From the NCBI RefSeq assembly GCF_036365525.1, contig NC_090384.1:85408413-85472412 (forward strand): a stretch of DNA of 64,000 nt. The letters run 5' to 3'. The notes under the pieces were generated by a model. It did no database searches and had not been told where the DNA came from. It saw only the letters and a program-made list of their open reading frames with translations. Position 1 is the stretch's first letter. Each line of letters starts with the position of its first letter. Below, one piece after another: positions 63,247-64,000 of this stretch. Made by a program: the position numbers and the translations under genes. This stretch comes from Heterodontus francisci. Its lineage: Eukaryota.

Positions 63247-64000
63247 GGCCAGAATTTTATCCAGACAAGGGGGTCTCGACTTACAGCAAAGCTGAGAACC
63301 CTGCGTCGCCTCTTCTGTGGGAGGCACACCGAATCAAGGGCCAATTAGGCACTTAACTGGACAGCAGCGGGCCTTCCAAAGGGTCAAGGACCCTGGCACC
63401 AGAAGTCCCGCCCTCTAAGAACTGCCAGCCAATCAGAGGCTGGCAGCTCTTTAACTGAGCAGCGTCACTGCAGAGGCGGTGGCTGCTGCCAGTGGAGCAC
63501 CCACCCGAGACCAAAGAGCGGTGCTGGACCGAGGCCACAGGCAGGTCAGGGTGGGAGGAGTCTCATGGGGTGGGGGCCATGGGGGAGGGGTGCGTAGGAG
63601 GTTCAGCAGTGTGGGCAAGGGGATGGCTCTCAGCAGGCCCCCCACTTCCCGATGCCGGGTCCCTCGTTTGGGCAGTGTGCCTTTTAACGAGGGACCCCTC
63701 CCGGAGCCGGCAAGCAATCCACACGGTTTTTCCTGCCATGCTTCCTGTGTGGCGACAGGAGCACTCGCCACTCAGCGAACTGCGGCAGCGGCTGGATGAG
63801 GCCCTTAATTGGGCATTAACTGCCCAGTTAAGGGCCTCAATTGGTAGTGGGGCAGGAAGACCATTCACAGGCCTTCCTGTCCTGGACTTAATTTTGGTGG
63901 AGGCATGAAGGGGGTGGGTTCCCCTCCCCCACCACCATCCCCTGATTATCGCTCTCCATACCTCCGAACCTGCCGCGGGGAAGAGCTTAAAATTCCCCTC
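63247..64000. mobile_element. Harbinger-type MITE
   Basis: GGCCAGAATTTTA start, TAAAATTC end at the window edge; internal motifs shared with 26208-26874 and 45698-46354. Confidence 0.75.

Noticed and set aside
63353-63908. Overlapping GC-rich ORFs (also 26312-26954, 45623-46153, 49873-50377)
   Set aside because: Arise from GC-rich MITE interiors; no domain similarity

Overview
Repeat-rich eukaryotic DNA, almost certainly from a cartilaginous fish (HE1-type V-SINEs, HER1-type CR1 LINEs). The whole window lies inside a minus-strand anoctamin gene, best matching ANO3/TMEM16C. Six consecutive GT-AG coding exons (59426-59295, 58992-58886, 56026-55971, 44223-44102, 36874-36740, 25579-25483) splice into one open frame covering the cytosolic N-terminal region, TM1 and the Cys-rich first extracellular loop. 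The introns hold nested transposons: CR1, L2 and RTE LINEs, a Penelope-like GIY-YIG element with hammerhead motifs, a complete but decayed two-gene PIF/Harbinger transposon with many MITEs, hAT MITEs and a solo LTR. The most unusual signal is a second CR1/L2-group LINE family. It starts with a tRNA-like Pol III promoter, lacks ORF1, and has no TTTT on its sense strand over about 3.9 kb of three copies, which suggests a protein-coding retrotransposon transcribed by RNA polymerase III; an internally deleted SINE-like derivative is also present. All calls were made by eye without database searches, and repeat boundaries are approximate unless a TSD or TIR is quoted.
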